Below, in pieces: positions 55,779 through 62,668 of a stretch of DNA of 62,668 nt. A program made the translations under genes and the position numbers. Below the pieces are notes generated by a model. It was not told the origin of the DNA. It was given only the letters and a program-made list of their open reading frames with translations, and searched no databases. The DNA is from Asterionella formosa (taxonomy: Eukaryota). How positions within the stretch are numbered: position 1 is the first letter of the stretch; every line of letters begins with the position of its first letter. The stretch covers positions 1 through 62,668 of the forward strand of contig NKIB01013201.1 in assembly GCA_002256025.1 (NCBI GenBank). The letters run 5' to 3'.

Positions 55779-56258
55779 TACTAGTACAATACAGGCAAAG
55801 TTATTTCTTGACTATGCATACTGTACCAGTATGTGCGTACCAGCAGGGAATCACAAATGAAATACCTTTCACAAAAATAATGGCTGAAATAACTACTTCG
55901 TATAATGATACAACAGATATTGTTAGTCGACTACTATGCTCCAGCACATGCAACCTTCACAGTAGTCAAACGTTTGTATTTTCCAGGTTGTTTTACCCTG
56001 TTTTTCCTATAGGTAAAAGTTCTTTCTTGAGTTTCACCAAAGTTTTAGTAGAGCCTCTCAACAAATGCATATAGTATTTGGGTCTGGAATGCTGCCAAGA
56101 TTTGCTGAGAGATGAAGAAATTGAAAGTCGGAATGCAGCAATCAAGCCCCCTCATTTCGCTTGAGTTGATCGGCATCATGAATACATATTTATTTAGCTA
56201 AGAAACACAGGACTGAACTAATAAATTGTACTAATCTCGTCCTCTGCTGCATCGCAAA

Positions 56259-57861
56259 ATGTCACTCTTAAGTCCTACGCAGGTGAGCCAGAAGGCTATG
56301 ATCTCCTTCTTCTTCCATGACGCAACGGAAGATGGGCTGCCACCAATTTGGAAATGCAAGAAATGCCTTCAGTATAAGAACAAGAGTGGTGGTTGGGAAA
56401 ATCTCCTCAATCACATGAAAGCGTGCGTTGGGCCAAAATATCAAGAAGAATAGCTATGTACAGGTTGTGAAGGACAATGTCTTTGCAGCATTCAAACCTA
56501 CAGTCAGTAAGAGGGAAGCGGACATGTTTGGCTGGATTGAATGGGTTGTCATGAGAAACATGCCGCTTGCTGACTTGGAATGCGTTATGGTCCCATCACA
56601 TCCAAGCTACTACGAAAAATGCTCTTTTTGCTTCAAGCTGAAGTGAATTGTCAAATCAGGGAAAAACTGCCTGATCAAATCGTCATTGTATTCGATGGAT
56701 GGACTGAGGGGTCTGATCACTACATTGCTGTTCATGCCTCTTACATTGATCCCATTTCAAATGTTGCTGTGGAGACACTGCCTTCCATTTGACCCCTTCT
56801 TTGTGATGGAGTATTGGGAATGACTGCAGCAGATCATGTTCATCAAATTTCAAAAACTTTGGCATTATATGGGAAGACAAATGAAAACATTGTATGCTTA
56901 GCAGGTGACAACTGCAGTGTAAACCAGAGAATGGCAAAACGTCTTGGTGTGCCATTATTGGTTTGCAGGTCTCATAAATTCAACTTGGCAGTTAAAAGTT
57001 GGATGGCAGACAAACCAACTCTTATCAAAATTGTTGCAAGGCTTAGCATCCTCATGAAGAAGGCAAGCACCCTCAAAAACACAGCCGCTTTAAGGCAGTA
57101 TACTTGCCTTGAGGCAGTGACTGAAAATGCAACCAGGTGGTCTTCCCAATACATGATGATTGCTCGCTTTTTCCAGATTAAGTCTCATTTAGAGCAGGTT
57201 GAGTCATTGGCACCCAGCATGCTCTCATTTGTTGAGGTTTGGGAGCTGCAAGCCTCATTCACACACATGAAGAAGTTTAATGAGGTGACACTGGCTCTAC
57301 AGAAGCAGTGCATTACATGTTTAAATGTCCAAGATATCTTTGATCATGTTGTACTAGAAGACTACCCTGAATTCCAAAAGCACCTGGGAATTGACGCTGA
57401 CATTGTGCAGGACAAGGTATTTGAGATAGCCACCACAAAGATTATGAAAAGGGAAACATTGAATGACATTGAGAGTTGGTCTGTGATAAGACTCAGGAAG
57501 AAGCAAAATGCTGGTCTCCCCCCCCATTCACTGTTAGAACAAGATGATAATGATTCTCCCACTAGTGCTGAAAGTGGTGTGGAAATGGTGTCCCAGATCA
57601 ATTATGCTGACACAATTCAGCAGAGAATCAAGCAATGCAAGAGTGCACTTGGGTCTGTATATGATGATTTCATTTGTCTTGACCTTCTTGTGGGAACAAA
57701 AGTCAGCTGCTGCAAGAGACTCTTCTCTATTGCAAAACATATTTTAACATGTGTATGTATTTGAAGCCATTCTTTTTCTAAAGATGAACCGTCATTATTG
57801 GAATGATGTTATTGTAGGAAAAGCGATGGGAAGGACACTTGCTCCTGCAGATGAATTCTAG
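56259..57861 (+). pseudogene. Decayed hAT-superfamily transposase
   Basis: BED-finger-like 'WKCKKC..NLLNHM', then 'VFDGWT', 'AGDNCSVN', 'CRSHKFNLAV', 'ATRWSSQYMM', 'CKRLFS' and dimerization-like 'FEAILFLKMNRHYW'. Split by a stop (56451-56453) and frameshifts. Confidence 0.88.
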
Positions 57862-59114
57862 AAAATAATCAATGAAAATTTAAATATTGTTATTCTTTGC
57901 TTAGTATCAAAAATATAAGTACCAGTGTTCAATTCATAAGTTCTTATATAGAAAAAGGCCTTCATTTGTTGCAAACTATTCACTCACAATAGCAAGGCTT
58001 GATAAATTATCATCTATTCATGATCTCTAGTTTAGTACTCTGTCTACTTTCTATCTGGTAGAAAAATAATGTGAAATGATGTTTAATTGCAAGTGCCACA
58101 TCTCTTAATAAATTTTAAAACAATCTACCTAATTGAAGCATTATTATTTGGAAAATTACAATATACTAATTAAAGCAGGATTTAACAATATGTAAACAGG
58201 CAAATAATGACAATGATGAAGTTTTCCAGCTAGCTACTGATTCTTTAATAATGGTATAATGATTAAATCTTTTCAAAATAATAGACAGTACCATTGATTT
58301 GGAAAAGAATAAAAAAAGATAGTATCCCATCGCCATGATGGAAAGGGCCAGTTCATCATTTCATTTTGTAACATCTACACACAAAATTGAAATGATATGT
58401 TTTCTAGGCTACTACTGGTTGCTAGATATACCATTACTTTACAACTATGAGACTGTTCCATTATGTAGAACATTTCAATTGCCTGGGGAGTAGTATAGAT
58501 TGAGAGTGTATCCAGCCATATCTCATGATTGAACAATGACTAACACCATACTACTAGAATGGTCATCATGTAATGTTGCAGCATAAACACACAAAATTGC
58601 AAGGATAGATTCTCACCACCCCTTCTTTGTTGGTAATGGTATGCTTGTACTACTGATTCTTTGATAGCATTATGAAGATGAGACCTTTCCAAGATGATTC
58701 ACAGATTAACTCTCTGGGGGAACTACTTTTGAATATATAATGATAGCATCAATGATAGTAATTTTTTTCTTGTTACATATACGACAACCAATTTCAGGTC
58801 ACCAGAAGGTATTATGATATAAGATAGTAGACAACATTTCTATTACCTGATTACGTTATGTCTTGTATGATAAACCATGCTAAGCATAGCCCTATCTTGA
58901 TAATTTATAATCATCAAGTAAACCTAGGAGGGCGCAATTTTCGCGTACGGGCGCATTGATCTCATTGTTCTTGATCAGTATACTGTACGTAATATTTACC
59001 AATATCAGTATACCAGTGTACTGTTGGATTGGAATTAAATAACTGTAATAATAACTGGTGGGACATGCCAAAAAATGGCTCGCAGTTAACTGCAGTACAA
59101 AATCGCCGACCTAT

Positions 59115-59572
59115 GCCTGGTACCAGTACTGTCGGACTACTATGTATGATCGTGTACGACAACGACAGGTACCAGGGTACCTGGTAGCGAGTTTCGGTAC
59201 CTGCAAGTTGCGGTAATATTGCTGAAACTAAAGATTTACCTTTCTTTATCCCAGATTAAAATGTTAGTTTTAGCAAAATGACCGCAACTTGCTTGGTACT
59301 TTGCTTAGGATTCTACAGCAGGAAACTGTTGCGCTGGGAAATGAAATCGAAGCAAATCATGACAGCGCGCCGACTCCATGATTCAGAATGAGAATATACC
59401 ACCGGTCGCTATGTGCTCCATCATCTTGCTTCGTCTGGAGAATTGCCAGTAGACGACTGAACAATTACCTGGTACTTCTACCTGGTACCTGGTACCTTTT
59501 TCATGCATGACGGCAGTTTCTGGTACCAGCTACACGTGCCAGGAAACATCATGTACTCCAGGTACCGGTACA
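59115..59572. repeat. (TACCAGG)n/GGTACC arrays upstream of the YqgF-like gene, flanking the MITE
   Basis: 'caggtaccagggtacctggta' and 'tacctggtacttctacctggtacctggtacc'. Confidence 0.8.
59203..59292. mobile_element. ~90-bp MITE, best-preserved copy
   Basis: Perfect 12-bp terminal inverted repeat GCAAGTTGCGGT / ACCGCAACTTGC, extending imperfectly to about 35 bp per arm. Three related copies occur in this window. Confidence 0.8.
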
Positions 59573-59803
59573 TAGGTGAAGGCCAGAGCTACAGTACGTA
59601 GAATACAACCAGTCGTTGCAGGGAGTACGTATCATACCACATTCCGAATATTCTTCTTCCCTTCTAATTTTCGGACCCCCGCAAACGAACCACCCAGACA
59701 GGTCATATTTCCAACGGCGTTTCTTGCTTTGTGACTTGTTCTTTTTGAAATGCCAACGCTTCAAAGCTCTCCTTGAACTTGATCTACAGTGTTCTATCCC
59801 ATT

Positions 59804-60556
59804 ATGGCGACTAAGCAATTAACTCAATTCCTGATAGCGCCGTCTAAAGTCGCAAGTGCTTTAGACTGGAAGAGGACGTCTGGTTCTGTTTTATCGCTCA
59901 AAATTGGCCGCGACTTGTTGACCGTGAATCTAGCACATCATCCATCTATTCAAGAAGAATGCCGAAGCGTGGACCCTATTCCTATCAAATACAGAGTCAA
60001 GAACAACCGGAAGGAGCTGGATGTTTCCGTGACGGACGTATTGCAGGACCTCGTTCAAGAAAACAGAGTATGTGGCTTCATCGTAGACTGGCCGCTGCAA
60101 AAAGAAGGTCGCATGGGGGCATCGTGTGGTCGCGTCTTGCACGTACTTGATCTTTTACTGGAGGCTCAGGTGCTGTCGCAGAGTAGAAGATTCTGCCTTT
60201 GGGACGGGGAACATGTCCCCATTGAAATGCCAGACAGATGGGGACGATGTTCGGTCTATGGGCGCAAGCAAAGCGACAAAGCAGAACACATTGTCAGTCG
60301 AGACCAATACTCCAACACTACGGAGAGCCTGGTATCTGACATGTGGTATGACTTTTCAAGAACTCATTGGCCGGAGTTATATGACGATGGAAATGGAGCT
60401 GTGGCATTGTCCTCCAATTCGTCAAGGGCTAGGGGGGACTATCATCACATCTCCGGAGAATGGCTTGAACATTACGAACGGGAAGGGACCTACCTTCAAG
60501 CTTCGGCGACGAGGTACGATAGACGAATGATTTCCAACATAGAGTCAACTAAATAG
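59804..60556 (+). CDS. YqgF/RNase-H-fold (pre-16S rRNA nuclease / resolvase-like) protein, degenerate
   Basis: 'VLSLKIGRDLL', 'VCGFIVDWPLQKEGRMG', 'CLWDG' follow the YqgF pattern (xLxLDxG; VVGxP; WDER). ATG at 59804. Confidence 0.6.
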   Translation: MATKQLTQFLIAPSKVASALDWKRTSGSVLSLKIGRDLLTVNLAHHPSIQEECRSVDPIPIKYRVKNNRKELDVSVTDVLQDLVQENRVCGFIVDWPLQKEGRMGASCGRVLHVLDLLLEAQVLSQSRRFCLWDGEHVPIEMPDRWGRCSVYGRKQSDKAEHIVSRDQYSNTTESLVSDMWYDFSRTHWPELYDDGNGAVALSSNSSRARGDYHHISGEWLEHYEREGTYLQASATRYDRRMISNIESTK

Positions 60557-61287
60557 ACAATAGAAACTTCATAGTTCTAACTATGGTGCCCCTACAGCTA
60601 CACTTGCTTTATCTTCTTGTGATCTGATTTGATACAAAACCTGCGCCACTCCCTAGAAACGCGACATTCAACACTACATCGCTTTGGCTCTGTTTCCCAT
60701 GGCGCTTTTCATCTGCACACAAACTATGTTCCGTTAGGTCATTGGAAAAATCGCACATCAAGCAGCACGCGCGACACTAGATTCAGAATTATTTCCTAAA
60801 TCCGAATTCCGGTGCGGAGTTCTCATCATTAAAGTTCGGTCGATGACATGACGAGAATATTACGCAGTTGATGACGATGAAATATCATGACATCGCCCTT
60901 GTTGCTTTGTCCTTTTTTCGTTTTAGAGTATAAAAGGCTGGGTATTTTGAAGAAAGAATGGCTGATGGTTTGCCCTTTAGATACATGGTACAAAAAATTG
61001 TACTGGTTGCAGACAAGCTACCACTGTTTCTTCATTTTCAAATATTTTATTTATTAGAAACCACCACATGGCATGTTGCTGTGTGAAGATTCAAAAATGT
61101 AAACCCATGTATATGCATAAATGTTAAATAGCTAGTACTTTGTATTGTTCTGCTAAGTGTACTTTTGGAGGTGACAATATTTTGTCTACTACCGGTATAC
61201 ACCCATAGTACCCTGGTAAATAGTCTACTTCGTCAGATCTAGCCCAGCCTTCTACTAAACTAGAAAAGTAAAGCAATGTAACAAAAG

Positions 61288-61616
61288 AAACTTACTTAAT
61301 AACACACTTTCTGAGACCACACAATTACACACGGAATTTCATAGCACAGCCTGGCAACAAGACCATGTGCTTCCCTAGTTTTGTTAGCATAGGTGAGTCC
61401 CCAACCATTGTTCTCGAAAGGTGATTGTCTTTGCTAGCCACAGCATTAGGGGAAATTCTGAGCCCCTAGGAAGGCAGCACACTGCTTGTAGGGGCGGGGG
61501 TGTGGGGCAACACACTTTTCCTTGCACACCAGGCAAGACTGCACAGGACAGTGAGTGTGGGAGTTGAACCCAACAATTGCTTCTCAAAAAATTGCAGGAA
61601 TCGAACCACACAACTT
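61288..61616 (-). mobile_element. tRNA-derived SINE-like dispersed repeat, copy 2
   Basis: Homologous to 30080-30442. The minus strand carries B-box-like GGTTCGATTCC and GGGTTCAACTCCC. Confidence 0.6.
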
Positions 61617-62359
61617 AATATTAATTGCGTTTGGGTGGGTACTCAGATCAGGATTGTACCAATGCCTAGTTCTAGAGAGTCAAGTCAAGTCAAGTCTAGT
61701 CTAGTGCAGCCCTCTACCTAAGTATGGTAATTTAGTCATTGTGATTGGGAAGGTGCTCGAAGCTCAGGATCATAGTCTATAAATGCTGGTGCTTCAAACA
61801 GTAGTACTACCATGGCATATTGGCTACTACAGGTACTAGCAGCACCAGGCTACCCTGGTACAAGTACTGGTATACCAGCAGCATGCACCCTTGTACCTCT
61901 TACTAATGGGAACCTGTAGATAGGTGAAGATGGCTAGACTAGCTACTTTATTCTTGGTATCACCAGGTAGTTTAGCTGCCAGTTTATGTATTAGCCACAT
62001 ATATAGGATGGCAACAGGGCTAGCCACCTGCCTACTCATTATAGCCATTTATGCTTTAATTACCTGGTACCCCCCAGACCAGCCACCATTGGAATGATCT
62101 ATCATTTGCCCTCCTTTGATCTGGCTCATATTGTTGATACTTTATGGCTGAGGATACAACAACAATACCTAAGGGCCAATCTTTCTGTAACTCTCATACA
62201 AACAGCTGAAGACGATGCATCTAATCATAATAAGGTCACCAATTATAAATCTACTTAGTTCTTGTTATTACCTAATTCCTTCCAGTTATAGTTTGTATGC
62301 TACATTAATCCTATTCCATTCAGTTCACCGTTGGTGTAACACATAAGCTGGAGGTCGCC

Positions 62360-62548
62360 TAAACCCTTCTGATCTGGAAATTTTCCTGGTGCCACAACAT
62401 CAAAGTATAGGAAACAACAATTGCTGATGCAAACAGCTTGAATATTCAATCCATATGTCATATAATTCCCAGACCAATATGCTTGAGGGAAGCCAACACC
62501 ATCCTTTCTTCTTGGTTTAGAAATAGGCTGTAATTATCCATCATCTAA
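62360..62548 (-). pseudogene. PIF/Harbinger (DDE_Tnp_4-like) transposase fragment, absent from the ORF track
   Basis: Manual minus-strand translation: LDDG*LQPISKPRRKDGVGFPQAYWSGNYMTYGLNIQAVCISNCCFLYFDVVAPGKFPDQ. This matches the Harbinger pattern 'xDG...YxG...xNxQAVCD..F....PG...D'. Confidence 0.75.
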
Positions 62549-62668
62549 GCCGCGTATTACGTGAAGTGACCATCACGTAAATAAGCCTAGTTGATTTTGA
62601 ATGCATCACATGAATTAGTTGAATACATCAAAATACGTAGTTGAACATGTCTATATATTATCTGAATA

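Noticed and set aside
55950..58100. Terminal inverted repeats and TSD of the hAT element
   Set aside because: I could not find a convincing matching pair by eye, so only the transposase relic is reported.

Overview
Gene-dense eukaryotic nuclear DNA, most likely from a diatom. The inference rests on short GT-AG introns, bipartite plastid presequences with an A|FAP or A|FSP cleavage motif, and the gene families present. About 22 protein-coding genes can be supported: a GST, a mitochondrial GDH-like protein lacking its catalytic residues, a phosphate translocator, a head-to-head pair of epimerase-like/DUF616 (TOD1/MUCI70-like) fusion genes, a two-pore K+ channel, a GH18-like secreted protein, an ShKT-GPx, a PTGES2-like protein, two tandem lumenal thioredoxin-like genes, a PILS/AEC carrier, an MDR oxidoreductase, LUC7, a P2C-like ATPase with PQGL, cysteine dioxygenase, RIO1, a bestrophin, an A1 aspartic protease, an unknown plastid membrane protein, hemL/GSA and a YqgF-like protein. 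Between genes lie CpG-poor blocks holding a decayed hAT transposase, a PIF/Harbinger fragment, a ~90-bp MITE family (4 copies) and a tRNA-derived SINE-like repeat (2 copies). The most striking unexplained signals are: (1) palindromic (TACCAGG)n/GGTACC/ACCGGT arrays concentrated upstream of genes, (2) the divergent fusion-gene pair with apparently complementary motif loss, and (3) an intact but apparently catalytically dead GDH. All family calls come from motif recognition by eye, not database searches.
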